DNA of 64,000 nt. It comes from a virus. The position numbers and the translations under genes were made by a program. Below are positions 8,362-18,383 of this stretch, piece after piece; position 1 is the first letter of the stretch, and each line of letters begins with the position of its first letter. The stretch lies in the IMG/VR virus record IMGVR_UViG_3300033149_003004, positions 1 to 64,000 of that record; one strand, written 5' to 3'. The notes under the pieces were generated by a model. That model worked only from the letters and a program-made list of their open reading frames with translations. It had not been told where the DNA came from and did not search any database.

Positions 8362-9168
8362 ATGTCGCATTTCTTGGGAGCTGACAGTATGACTACTGAT
8401 GACGGCACCGTCCACTTCTACGGCCTGCGTTTTCTGGAGGACGTTTGGCGGTACTACGTTCTGAAGGTAATTACCGCCCGGCAGGCCATCCTTCTCGCCC
8501 ACGTGGACTATTTTTGCAATCCCCAACAGCAGAAGAAGGACGGCGAGTGGGATGCGGTAAAGTCCAAGTTTTTCAGAACCGACACACTGGAGACGATCTT
8601 ACAGTGCTCGCGGTGGACTGTCTGGCACGCGGTGTGTGATCTCCAGCGATTGAGGGGGATGTTCAAGGCTCGGAAGATGGCGCGGGACTTCTGGGAACTG
8701 AAAACTAAGCCCAGACAACGCGAGCAGGCGTTTTACGTGTATCCCATCATTCGCAAGCTGTTCGAGGCGGGAGCGTACACGCCCATCGAAATGTTGATTA
8801 TGGCGGACATCGCCAGTTTTACGCTCAACGGGCAATTCTACTGGAAGTCGAATCGGCAGATCGGTGATCGGCTCGGTCTTAGGAGTAGAGGAGTTGAGTG
8901 GCACTTGGCTGGGTTGCGGGCCAGAGGGGAGTTAATAGCCGAGACGATGACACACGACGAAGCTTGCGAAGTCCTGGAGCGGATCGGGTACGAGAAAATG
9001 TTCAGGCGAAAAGGTGGTCGCATAACGCGTTTCCTTTCCCCGACGCGAGAAGAACTTTGGGAGCACAACCAACCGCGATTTTTGATTGAGGGTTCAGATT
9101 TTGACTGTTGGATTTCCCAGGGGGGTCGGCCGGTGACTGTTGGATTTCCCAGGGGGGTCGGCCGGTGA
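8362..9168 (+). CDS. Putative replication initiator-like tandem winged-HTH protein
   Basis: Two HTH-like halves (e.g. FYWKSNRQIGDRLGLRSRGVEWHLAGLRARGELI); 3' end runs into iteron-like repeats. Confidence 0.5.
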   Translation: MSHFLGADSMTTDDGTVHFYGLRFLEDVWRYYVLKVITARQAILLAHVDYFCNPQQQKKDGEWDAVKSKFFRTDTLETILQCSRWTVWHAVCDLQRLRGMFKARKMARDFWELKTKPRQREQAFYVYPIIRKLFEAGAYTPIEMLIMADIASFTLNGQFYWKSNRQIGDRLGLRSRGVEWHLAGLRARGELIAETMTHDEACEVLERIGYEKMFRRKGGRITRFLSPTREELWEHNQPRFLIEGSDFDCWISQGGRPVTVGFPRGVGR

Positions 9169-9193
9169 CTGTTGGATTTCCCAGGGGGGTCGG
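9102..9193. repeat. Iteron-like 32-bp direct repeats (about 3 copies)
   Basis: TGACTGTTGGATTTCCCAGGGGGGTCGG(CCGG) at 9102, 9134, 9166. Confidence 0.9.
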
Positions 9194-9266
9194 TTGGAAA
9201 AACTGTGAGGTAATAGATTAAGTACAGGGACCAACTCTTTGGGAAGAAATTAAGTTCAAACTATTG

Positions 9267-9292
9267 GCTCCGTCCCTTACGAGGGACGGAGC
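9267..9292. other. Perfect 11-bp hairpin next to iterons
   Basis: GCTCCGTCCCT-TACG-AGGGACGGAGC. Confidence 0.8.
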
Positions 9293-9492
9293 GGGGGGGG
9301 AGAAAAACTTTTCAACATCATTGATGGAAAAGAGTGTTTTCCCCCTCGGTTTGCTCAGCAAGCACTTCGCCGGTTGTTGAAAAACAGAACCTTCGCCGGT
9401 TAACGACGGAAAAGCAAGAGGAGCAAAAGCCGAACGAACAGCCTGTCCCTGACGAAGACGAAGTGACTTGGTTTTCAAGCGAGGAGTGAAAA

Positions 9493-9777
9493 ATGAAGAT
9501 CCTTGAAGCATTCGCCACCCTGGCGGTGGAACGCGAAGCGGGACGCATCGAGCTTCCACGGTGTCCGTTGCCAAACGGCCTGGACCTGGGGGTGGAATTT
9601 GTCGTGGCACTGTGCCTCGCCACCGATCGCCTGCATGGGTGCAAGACGGTGGAGGACTTGCTGAACGGAGCGATTCGGGCAGGAACCGATTTTGTGCATG
9701 GCTTGTTCGACCCGGCGGATCTGGACCGTGCAATGATCCGCGTCTGCGGCATGATCGAAGATACGGGCGAACGATGA
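9493..9777 (+). CDS. Hypothetical protein
   Basis: GAGGAG RBS, 94 aa. Confidence 0.6.
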   Translation: MKILEAFATLAVEREAGRIELPRCPLPNGLDLGVEFVVALCLATDRLHGCKTVEDLLNGAIRAGTDFVHGLFDPADLDRAMIRVCGMIEDTGER

Positions 9778-9944
9778 AGTCCGCCGAATTGCAGGCCTCA
9801 GTGATGCAAAAATTCAACATCAGCGAGAAGACCTATTGTTGAAAAACAGAACCTCGCCGGTTGTTGAAAAACTACTGAGCGAGAGAACAGAAAGTGAGAA
9901 AGATTGGTGAATACTGCGTTGTTTTCATCGTTCTGAAAATTCGG

Positions 9945-10041
9945 TCAGTGACGGCCAAAACTTTTGACTTCTGGCCAGGTTTTGAAAAATCTGCCACCAG
10001 CAGCCGAGACTTTTGACTTCTGGCCAGGTTTTGAAAAATCT
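9945..10041 (-). repeat. 49-bp repeat, 2 units in inverted orientation
   Basis: CTTTTGACTTC at 9961 and 10010. Confidence 0.9.
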
Positions 10042-10095
10042 GATCTGGTGGCGGAGGAGAAAAGAAGATATTGATCTACTTACTCTAGGGGGTAA

Positions 10096-11823
10096 GTGAA
10101 GAAACAAGCACTATCGAGTACCCGAAAGCCGAAAAATGTACGAAAAGTTGGACCTGGTAGGAGCACAGAGAAAAATAGATGCAGATCGATGACAGAAGAG
10201 AAATTACAACAACTGCCGTTTTCGCCAAACAATGTGGAAGAACTGGTTGAGAGGAAAGCTGCTGACGATTTTGTCTTCTTCGCCCGCCAGTTAGTGATCC
10301 CTGGAGCAAACGGCCGACTACTTCTCGAAGACGCAATGCGTTGGTACGAAGAGCAGGGAGTTGAACCCTTTCAACGGCGGTTTTTCGAAGACATAGCACC
10401 GTCGCTCACTGCAGTGAGAATGGGGACCGATCCTCCCTGCCGCCGCTTCTGGTTGGAACGGACGAAGAAAGCGGGGAAGGACAGTGATCTGGCTGTGTGT
10501 CTTTTGTGGCTGATGGCCTTTCCCCGCCGGCCCACTTTTTGCCAAGTCGTTGCAGCGAGCCGCAAGCAAGCCGGAATCATAAGACATAGGGCTGAGGACA
10601 TCTGTTTTTTCAACCGTTGGCTTGCAGAGAAAGTGCGGTTCACACGAGCAGGGATGGTCAGTATTTGTGGGCTGGCGGAAACGAGAATCGAAGCGACCGA
10701 CAAAGCAACCGCTCACGGAGATTCACCGCAGCTGCTGATTCTGAACGAATTAGTACATGTGACGAAGTGGGAAGCAATGGAAAGCCATTACAACAACGCC
10801 TCTGGCGTACCTCGCGGTGTGATGATTGTGTCGACGAATGCTGGTTACAGGGGAACGAGGGCAGAAGTGTGGAAACAAAATGCTCTGAAGAAAAGTGACC
10901 GGTGGCATGTACATGTTTGGGATAGGTGCGCTCCGTGGCTGAAGGAAGAGGATGTGGAAGATGCACGTTCGGCTAACATACCATCGGAATTCGACAGATT
11001 GTTCAGTGGCCGGTGGGTGAGCGGAAGAGGTGGGAGCTTGACGGAGGAGTCAATTGACAACGTGTTTCGCTCTTATTTGCGACCGATGACGGGGGGAGAA
11101 AAAGGTTGGGAGTTTGTAGCCGGACTTGATCTGGGAATCAGTCATGATCATGCAGGATTGCTTGTTCTGGGATTGAACGGAAAAGAGAATCGATTGCGCG
11201 TGGCTTGGATGAAAGATTGGAAACCATCACTGCCGAATGAGAAAGGGCGATTGGAAGTAGACATTTCCCTGGTAAAGCGATCGATCGTGCAAATGAACCA
11301 TCAATTCTCACCGATTTGGTTTGGGTATGATCCGGCTGCTGGAGGTAGTTTTTTGGCCCAGGAAATGAGAGATGCTGGCGTTAGGATGACATCGGTGCCC
11401 TTTTCTGGGAGTTCGCTAGACGCCATGGCTAAGGCGTTCATGATGGCGGTTAAGTCAGGAAAGCTGGAAAGCTACGAATCGGAGGTACTCCGCCGCGATC
11501 TCGGGAAGTTTGACATTCAGCCAGTTTTGCCGGAGAGATATAGAATTAAGGCAATTAGCGACGAATATGGACATGCAGATGTGGGAACAGCTTTGCTGAT
11601 CTGCTTGCCGAAAGCGATTGAATTGGTCGGAGATTTGACACCTGTGCCTTCGCAGGTGTTTTTTCACGAGGAGGGCGAGGCGTGGATGGAGGATCAAGAG
11701 GTGGAGAAGGCAAAGCGGAGTGACCCATTTCTGAAAGACATTCTGGAGGGAGTCGAAGAAGACGAGGAAGAAATGAGGACAAAGATGTCGAGGGACATGG
11801 GAGACTTTCTGGATTTGATGTGA
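10096..11823 (+). CDS. terL: Terminase large subunit (start may be 10189)
   Basis: Walker A-like RTKKAGKD, Walker B-like LLILNE, STNAG coupling motif, RNase H nuclease AGLDLG..HD, GYDP, GHAD. Confidence 0.8.
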   Translation: MKKQALSSTRKPKNVRKVGPGRSTEKNRCRSMTEEKLQQLPFSPNNVEELVERKAADDFVFFARQLVIPGANGRLLLEDAMRWYEEQGVEPFQRRFFEDIAPSLTAVRMGTDPPCRRFWLERTKKAGKDSDLAVCLLWLMAFPRRPTFCQVVAASRKQAGIIRHRAEDICFFNRWLAEKVRFTRAGMVSICGLAETRIEATDKATAHGDSPQLLILNELVHVTKWEAMESHYNNASGVPRGVMIVSTNAGYRGTRAEVWKQNALKKSDRWHVHVWDRCAPWLKEEDVEDARSANIPSEFDRLFSGRWVSGRGGSLTEESIDNVFRSYLRPMTGGEKGWEFVAGLDLGISHDHAGLLVLGLNGKENRLRVAWMKDWKPSLPNEKGRLEVDISLVKRSIVQMNHQFSPIWFGYDPAAGGSFLAQEMRDAGVRMTSVPFSGSSLDAMAKAFMMAVKSGKLESYESEVLRRDLGKFDIQPVLPERYRIKAISDEYGHADVGTALLICLPKAIELVGDLTPVPSQVFFHEEGEAWMEDQEVEKAKRSDPFLKDILEGVEEDEEEMRTKMSRDMGDFLDLM

Positions 11824-12239
11824 CGAGAATCCTTGTAATTCCTATAGGAGAGAATCGAGTTTCCCCTTATAATGGGAGGGGCCAGAGAATGAACACGAGG
11901 AAAGAGAGGGACAGTACGGAGTGGATGTTGAAGGTAGTGTCAACGGGGGAAGTGGAAGGCTGTCCAAACTTCCCCCGCGAGTTCCTGTGTGGTCTGCGTG
12001 GGGCTTTGGAGGCAGGGTTGAGCTGTGAGGAAATTACGGCACTGCTGATCCTATTCACAGGGATATATGAAGCGTCGCAGCGGTACTCTGGTGAGGAATT
12101 GATAAGGCGTTCAGTTCTGCTGACCCGCACGATGTCAGGTGATATAGAGTATCTCAACCAAGTACGTGAGCAGAGCGAAAGGAATAAGCGATTCAGGCAA
12201 GCATTGATCCGTCGTAGAGGTCGGAAGGCGGGCAGGTAA
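11820..12239 (+). CDS. Hypothetical protein (start may be 11889)
   Basis: ORF in operon, basic C-terminus. Confidence 0.5.
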   Translation: MTRILVIPIGENRVSPYNGRGQRMNTRKERDSTEWMLKVVSTGEVEGCPNFPREFLCGLRGALEAGLSCEEITALLILFTGIYEASQRYSGEELIRRSVLLTRTMSGDIEYLNQVREQSERNKRFRQALIRRRGRKAGR

Positions 12240-12290
12240 GATGAGCGGAGTGTAGCAGTAGCGGTGAGGGATACTTGATGAGGTGATGCG

Positions 12291-12902
12291 ATGCCAATCA
12301 GATTCGATGGCACTCTGAACATGGTCAAGCCTGGCGACGTATTGGAGTTTCGGTCTACTAGTTGCTTTGGCCGGCTCATTACACTGTGCACTTTGGGGTC
12401 GCAGCACGTCGGAGTTGTAACTAGGCACCCAGAAGATAGTAGACTTGTTGTCTGGGAGTCGACGATGAGTTTACCTCTTCCGTGTCTGTTTGCGGGCAGG
12501 CGGGTACGCGGCGTGGGTTGCCGATTGTTGAGGCGTCGTGTGCTGTACGAGCTCCACCGCAACGGTTATGTCTGGATTCATCCGTTGGTTACACCGCTTG
12601 ACGGGTACGAAAGCAGGATGCTTGCGATGGTATGCTACAATACCAGAGGCACACCCTATGATTGGTGGGGAGCATTTCAAAGCCGGACGCTTGGCGGTCG
12701 TTACTTAACGCGGCGTATTGTGCCGAGTGTCGAGGACGCGAAGTCGCTGTATTGCAATGAGGCTGTTGCGTTCTGGCTTCGGGAAGTTGGGCGATTCAAA
12801 CGCGATAATGCGGCTGCGTTCAATCCGAGGACGTTTTTGAAAGCGCAGCATGAAGACGGGATGCATGAAGAACCGATCGAATTGAAATTGAATAGCTTGT
12901 AG
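12291..12902 (+). CDS. Permuted papain-like NlpC/P60 (YiiX/YebB-like) protein
   Basis: PGDVLEF, HVGVV, GTPYDW, SLYCNE with His before Cys. Confidence 0.7.
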   Translation: MPIRFDGTLNMVKPGDVLEFRSTSCFGRLITLCTLGSQHVGVVTRHPEDSRLVVWESTMSLPLPCLFAGRRVRGVGCRLLRRRVLYELHRNGYVWIHPLVTPLDGYESRMLAMVCYNTRGTPYDWWGAFQSRTLGGRYLTRRIVPSVEDAKSLYCNEAVAFWLREVGRFKRDNAAAFNPRTFLKAQHEDGMHEEPIELKLNSL

Positions 12903-13344
12903 CTTGGAAGGATGTGTTCGTCCGGAAGATGAAAGGAGTGAAGCGATGCGAGAACGTGTAGTGTGGATGCTGATAGCGATGATGATCGTGGACATCACCA
13001 TCGGCATGTATGGTCTGTTCAAGATGCACAAGATGCAAAAGGCACAGGAGCAGACGGACCGATCTCAATGGGCAGCGATGGTTCAGATGCACAGGCAGAT
13101 GGTAGTCGAACACAAGCAGACTGAGGACAAGCCTGCCGATCTGAACAAGCAATCCGAACCGCCGCCGATAGTGCAACCTCAGATTCCGGACAATGCTGGG
13201 ATTCCGGACATTCTTCCGCCTCCCGGGCCCGCGCCCGAAGTAGAGCAGAGAGAGGAAGGATGCAGCTTCTCCGCTGGCTTACTGATACTGATTTTGGCTG
13301 TGATCGCCGCTTTTGTGATTGGGGGTGAAATTGAAATTGGATAG
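12880..13344 (+). pseudogene. Internally deleted duplicate of 13329-14859, giving a shortened paralog of the 14100-14905 gene
   Basis: Near-identical blocks matching 13329-13361, 13987-14009, 14080-14303, 14695-14859. Confidence 0.85.
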
Positions 13345-13367
13345 CTTGTAGCTTGGAAGGACGTGCG

Positions 13368-14081
13368 ATGCGGAGCATGATAATCCTGACTATGACAGCG
13401 GCTTGTTTCGGTTGCGGTCCCGTCGCTTTGCAGCAGGATGCAGCTCGGGAGCCTGAGAAGACTGAATGGATTCTTCACCCTGCGGTGGATCATTGCTACA
13501 AGACCGACGATGGGCGGTGGATGTGCCCACGCGGAAAACAAGTCGAGGCAGAAGCTCGGCAATTGTTGACATCGCTTGCCGGGAGCAAGACAGAAAATTC
13601 GCCACCGAACTTGCTTGATCTTCCGCCTGGTTTACGGCAGAGCAATTGGGGGACTGGAAGCTGTGCACACGCGGCGATCGTCGATATATTGCGGCAGCAC
13701 GGCTACTTCGCCCTGGCTCAGTGGTGGCGTTCACATCACAGTGGGGCCTACGGGATCGGCAGTGGTGTAAGGGATCTCGGAGAGCTTGGTCTTTCGGTGG
13801 CCTATACGTTGGATGGCAGAGAGGAGTTTTTGGAGTGGTGTTCCAGGAACCGGCATGGGGCCGCTATCCAGTACGATAACGTTTACGGATGGAGACGTGG
13901 TCCACATGCCGTAACGTTTCGAGGTTACGCGGACGGTTATGCGTATTTGCAGGACAACAACGCGCCGGATCAAGTGAAGTGTGTGAGGAAGGATGTGTTC
14001 GTCCGGAAGTGGAAACAGGATGGCGGGAACGCATTGACGCTTGTCGCAAACCCAATCCCGCCGTCATTGCGGTTACCTTAG
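13368..14081 (+). CDS. Secreted/lipoprotein C39-like papain-fold peptidase
   Basis: Signal/lipobox-like ACFGC, QSNWGTGSCAHAA, HAVTF, LQDNN (Cys-His-Asp/Asn). Confidence 0.6.
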   Translation: MRSMIILTMTAACFGCGPVALQQDAAREPEKTEWILHPAVDHCYKTDDGRWMCPRGKQVEAEARQLLTSLAGSKTENSPPNLLDLPPGLRQSNWGTGSCAHAAIVDILRQHGYFALAQWWRSHHSGAYGIGSGVRDLGELGLSVAYTLDGREEFLEWCSRNRHGAAIQYDNVYGWRRGPHAVTFRGYADGYAYLQDNNAPDQVKCVRKDVFVRKWKQDGGNALTLVANPIPPSLRLP

Positions 14082-14099
14082 ATGAAAGGAGTGAAGCGA

Positions 14100-14905
14100 T
14101 GCGAGAACGTGTAGTGTGGATGCTGATAGCGATGATGATCGTGGACATCACCATCGGCATGTATGGTCTGTTCAAGATGCAAAAGACACAGGAGCAGACG
14201 GACCGATCTCAATGGGCAGCGATGGTTCAGATGCACAGGCAGATGGTAGTCGAACACAAGCAGACTGAGGACAAGCTTGCCGATCTGAACAAGCAATCCG
14301 AACGGATGATTGAAGCATTTACCCAAGACTTGCCGGAGACGGGTGGAGCGTGGTACACGACGCTGTTCCTGGACGATGACTGGAAGGATCGACCGGAGCA
14401 GGTCGAATTGGTGAGTTGGTTTTGCACTGACCCACGTCTGGCGAAGCTCAAGGATGATACGATCGACAACATCTACACACCCTCTCACCCGTTGTATAAA
14501 GCTCGATATGCGAAGTCGATCAAGCGATTGCCGGCGATTGCTGTGCAAGATTCCAAGGGGGTGACGCGGTACGCGATTGGCCAGAACAGGCCGATACCGT
14601 CGTCTTCGGACGAGTTGGCAAAGCAATTGCAGCAGATATTTCGGAGGTGGCAGGATTGCTGTCCACGGCCGTTCAAGCAAGATGACGATGAAGACGAACC
14701 GCCGCCGATAGTGCAACCTCAGATTCCGGACAATGCTGGGATTCCGGACATTCTTCCGCCTCCCGGGCCTGCGTCCGAAGTAGAGCAGAGAGAGGAAGGG
14801 AGCAGCTTCCCCGTTGGCTTACTGATTTTGGCTGTGATCGTCGCTTTTGTGATTGGGGGAGCAGTCTCGGTTGTTTACAACATCAAGCGTACTCCAAGTC
14901 CATGA
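14100..14905 (+). CDS. Membrane-anchored hypothetical protein (N- and C-terminal TM helices)
   Basis: AAGGAG RBS before ATG 14100; hydrophobic ends; Pro-rich linker. Confidence 0.65.
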
Positions 14906-14918
14906 GGAGGAATGAGCG

Positions 14919-15335
14919 ATGGTAGTTGGTAGTGTGGTACTGTCAAATCCGCAAGCGATTGGGCTGAGCGTCTTGCTGGTCGCTTTGGCGTTCATGGCCG
15001 GCTTATGGGCACTCTCATTCTGGTATCGCAAAGATACCGAGAAAGAGAATCGTGATCGACAGCGGATCGAATTCGCGGCCAGATTGCAAGAGGCAGGTCT
15101 GGAATTCTCCGCGGATATGGTGACATGCATCGTCGTACGTGACTGGGATGGTTTGGCAAAGCTCGTGTGGAAGTTGGTCAGCCAGGCGAAGGAACCTGGT
15201 GGTTTATTGAGGATGCTGGAAAAGAACTTTTGGTGGCAGTTGGCTCAACGTGTGGATCTTTCGGAAGACTTGTCTAAGATTTCCAGTGCTGTCGGTAAGG
15301 CTAATGCTATGAAAAAGGATAGGGTGAAAAAGTGA
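14919..15335 (+). CDS. Hypothetical membrane protein
   Basis: GAGGAGG RBS, N-terminal TM segment. Confidence 0.6.
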   Translation: MVVGSVVLSNPQAIGLSVLLVALAFMAGLWALSFWYRKDTEKENRDRQRIEFAARLQEAGLEFSADMVTCIVVRDWDGLAKLVWKLVSQAKEPGGLLRMLEKNFWWQLAQRVDLSEDLSKISSAVGKANAMKKDRVKK

Positions 15336-15940
15336 CAGTGGCTCTGCTCTGTGCGGTGGTTGCGCTGGGATTGACACCCGAGCAGGTGAGGGAAGTCTGC
15401 TTTGCCCGTGCGTCCTCTGTCGTGTCGGTGAAGGCGAGTATTTCACTGACTGCTACGGATGGTCGCCATATCTATATGTCCGACGGGACCGTTCGCTACA
15501 CTGCTCCGGACCAGTTTCGGGTGATCGTCTATCGCCGGATAGCGAAACGACAATTGGCGTTCGACTTCGGCGTTAATGGTGAATCGTCTTGGTTCCGGGA
15601 CTATCTACGAAACCAGCAGCGAGACAATCCCGTTGTGGAACCGGCGGGCTTGCTATGGTTGCTCGGGTTGTCACCTCCGATTAGCAAAGCTTCGGCATGG
15701 CGAGACGGTAATTCTGTGGCAGTGGCTGTTCGGGGACCGGGTCGGGTCTGTGTAGCGAGACTTGATGCGAAAACTGCTGCGCTTCGATCGTCTGTTGTGT
15801 ATCGTGATGGGAGGCTGATTGGTTGGTGCCGGTACAGGAAAGTGAACGCTCGCGGTATTCCTGTTTCAGGCATCATCATGGTTGGTGAATCTCGTATGGA
15901 ATGGGTTCTGTACGATGTGCGAATTGAGATAAGTAGTTAG
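15332..15940 (+). CDS. Hypothetical secreted protein
   Basis: Signal-peptide-like N-terminus, beta-rich. Confidence 0.5.
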   Translation: MTVALLCAVVALGLTPEQVREVCFARASSVVSVKASISLTATDGRHIYMSDGTVRYTAPDQFRVIVYRRIAKRQLAFDFGVNGESSWFRDYLRNQQRDNPVVEPAGLLWLLGLSPPISKASAWRDGNSVAVAVRGPGRVCVARLDAKTAALRSSVVYRDGRLIGWCRYRKVNARGIPVSGIIMVGESRMEWVLYDVRIEISS

Positions 15941-15965
15941 TTACTCCTAGCGGTGAAGGGTTAAG

Positions 15966-16250
15966 TTGATGGATAATGTGGCTACGTGGACGGCAATAGG
16001 TGCGGCTGTTTCTGCTATCGGAGTGGCGATAACATCGATTGCTTTTGTAGCAAAGGCATCCTTTCACATAGGTCGAATATCAGCCATCGTCGAGAACGGT
16101 ATGACGAAGACGCTGGAGCATTTGCAGGAAGACATCATCGAGCTATTCCGTGTTTTGAAGGATCTGCCGTGTAAAGATCATGAAGCTCGTGGCCAACACC
16201 GCGATGAGGCGATACGGGATCTGAAAAAAGAAATATCGAAATTGCTATAG
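15966..16250 (+). CDS. Small TM plus coiled-coil protein (possible holin-like)
   Basis: Single N-terminal TM helix followed by coiled coil. Confidence 0.45.
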   Translation: MMDNVATWTAIGAAVSAIGVAITSIAFVAKASFHIGRISAIVENGMTKTLEHLQEDIIELFRVLKDLPCKDHEARGQHRDEAIRDLKKEISKLL

Positions 16251-16294
16251 GAACGCGATTGCATCACAATTTTCGATCACAGAGCAGTTGAGCA

Positions 16295-16900
16295 ATGAAA
16301 CAACTGACAGAGCCATCCGCTACCGACCTGCAAAAGCTGGTCTACAACCACAATCTCGGTGGCAAGCTGAAACAACAGGAAACCTATGATCTTCCTCCTG
16401 GTGCAAGCTGGGCCGTCGTCGGAACTCTTGTGGACGAAGCCCTAACCCCCGATGACGTGCCGACGCTCCAGAAGGCAATTCAGTCGCTTGCTGCTGTGCA
16501 GGCGGCCGAGCCGCTTTGCTGGGGGCGACAGCCTATTGTAGAGGCGGAGGCCTGCGTCGCTATGCTGCATATCTCGGCCGTCTTATCACAGACGATTGCC
16601 ACCGGTACGGACAAGACCTTCGCGGACAAAAGAAGCCTTCACACCTTCCGCGTTCTTCCGAGTGCCAAGAAATGGATTGTCTGGGCCCTGAAGGTGCCTG
16701 TTCCGATCACTCGGGCAAACATCCCAATGCTCAAGACCGCGTTGGAAGACGTGCCTGGGATTGCCCTTGCCGAGCACCTATTCGACGGACAGGTCGACAC
16801 GAGGGCGGTAGGATCAAACCCGCTCAGGGTGGTGTGTCATGCCAGAATTGACCCCGTGAAAGAAGACGAGCCCGAGGAGCCGCTTGATGTCGGTAAATAA
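16295..16900 (+). CDS. Hypothetical protein with two internal repeat halves
   Basis: LPPGASWAV/LPSAKKWIV and VPTLQKAIQSL/IPMLKTALEDV similarity. Confidence 0.6.
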   Translation: MKQLTEPSATDLQKLVYNHNLGGKLKQQETYDLPPGASWAVVGTLVDEALTPDDVPTLQKAIQSLAAVQAAEPLCWGRQPIVEAEACVAMLHISAVLSQTIATGTDKTFADKRSLHTFRVLPSAKKWIVWALKVPVPITRANIPMLKTALEDVPGIALAEHLFDGQVDTRAVGSNPLRVVCHARIDPVKEDEPEEPLDVGK

Positions 16901-18350
16901 CATATACACCAATGACGGCGCAACTGGTCTCTGGTCTACCGCGGCCAACTGGTCCCTGGGTCACAAGCCCCAGGCGGGCGAAGTTGCACTGCTGGATGGC
17001 ACGACGGACAACAATCTGGTTGTTGACGAGAATGCGGCGTGCGACGGGATATGCACTACTGCTGCCTATGATGGCGACGTGGACTTTGGTGACTCGATGA
17101 GCCACGCCTGGAATGGCTACGGCATCGTCATGGACCATACAGGCGATGTCTCTTTGGGGACGGACACGATTCATACCGTCACTGATGGAACGTTTGACTG
17201 GTGGCACGTTGGTGGATCATGTTTTCGCGAAACATCTACGGTCGTGATGCAGGGTACGTGCATTTTAATTGAGGGGGGGCGATACCTTTACACTGTAAAA
17301 GCCAACGCGACGGTGACTGTCCAACAGACTAGTGCATGGGTCAAGTCTGCGATTATCGTCGTTGATGGTGCAATGATCAATATCTTGTCGGGTTATGCCC
17401 TTGTGCAACGCACCGGGTCGAGCACGATTGCTGGCACCGTTACTGGCGGCGGGACTTACGCTTTTTATGGAGGCGATTTACTTTCGTACACTGGCGCTAT
17501 CAGTGTAGCCGTCCTCCGGGTAAGCGATTGCCGCAACACGAAAGAGACGCTGCCGGCCGGGGTCTACGAAGCAGCCTTAACGCTGATTCGGAGCACCAAT
17601 GTTACGCTATACGGAATCCGATTCGCTGCTGGTGCTTATGAATTCGAGGACTTCGAGATCGAAGCATGGCGCGATAGGTATTGTCTCGTCGATGCAGCAA
17701 CAAATGATAGCTCCGTTACACTTCACGGCAGCTTGACTATTGATTCCCAATGGACGGAAGCCGAGGTCGAGCTAACTATCGGCACCAACGCCTTCATTCT
17801 CGAAGGCGACTTGGTTTCTTCGGGTGACGGCGACTTTACTATCTCCTCCGAGGGCGGCGCTTTCATTCTGTCCAGCACCAACGACCAAAATATCGACCCC
17901 TGCGGTGCCGACTGGTCGACGATTGATATTCGGATCGACAAAGCGGCCGGCACCGTCACACTCGATGACGACTGGACCGTTGCCGATTTCACATGGGATG
18001 CCGGAGGACTCGACCTGAACGGCAAGACACTCCAGGCGACCGGCGATATCGACATCGACGGCGGCACGCTTGCCGATCCTGTCGGATCGACGCTGCGAGG
18101 CGACGCAATTGATGTTGATGGCGTCGACATGGAAGGCAGTGGCACATGGTACTTGACGGCCGACAGCGCGGGGACGCTGCACAATCTGACTGTCACTAAT
18201 TGTGATGCCAGCGGTGGTGTCGAGATTAACGCGACTGACAATTGTATTGACGGAGGTGGGAACACGAACATCGATTTCGGCGTGGCAGCTGCCGGTACGT
18301 TTGGCCAGACGTGGGTTGAGCCGTTTGCCGTCGCGGGGACGTTTTCATGA
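16884..18350 (+). CDS. Beta-solenoid/adhesin-like virion fibre protein
   Basis: GLWSTAANWS..P motif; G/T/D-rich repeats; NCIDGGGNTN. Confidence 0.55.
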   Translation: MMSVNNIYTNDGATGLWSTAANWSLGHKPQAGEVALLDGTTDNNLVVDENAACDGICTTAAYDGDVDFGDSMSHAWNGYGIVMDHTGDVSLGTDTIHTVTDGTFDWWHVGGSCFRETSTVVMQGTCILIEGGRYLYTVKANATVTVQQTSAWVKSAIIVVDGAMINILSGYALVQRTGSSTIAGTVTGGGTYAFYGGDLLSYTGAISVAVLRVSDCRNTKETLPAGVYEAALTLIRSTNVTLYGIRFAAGAYEFEDFEIEAWRDRYCLVDAATNDSSVTLHGSLTIDSQWTEAEVELTIGTNAFILEGDLVSSGDGDFTISSEGGAFILSSTNDQNIDPCGADWSTIDIRIDKAAGTVTLDDDWTVADFTWDAGGLDLNGKTLQATGDIDIDGGTLADPVGSTLRGDAIDVDGVDMEGSGTWYLTADSAGTLHNLTVTNCDASGGVEINATDNCIDGGGNTNIDFGVAAAGTFGQTWVEPFAVAGTFS

Positions 18351-18383
18351 GAGTATGATAGACTATAGGTCAAGAGAAGTTTC

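Noticed and set aside
9102-9240. Phase-variable extension of the 8362 gene through 32-bp repeat number
   Set aside because: All three frames stop within about 30 nt after the repeats, so copy-number change would not add a domain.
12880-14859. Diversity-generating retroelement template/variable repeat pair
   Set aside because: Differences are deletions and scattered substitutions, not adenine-specific, and no reverse transcriptase is in the window.
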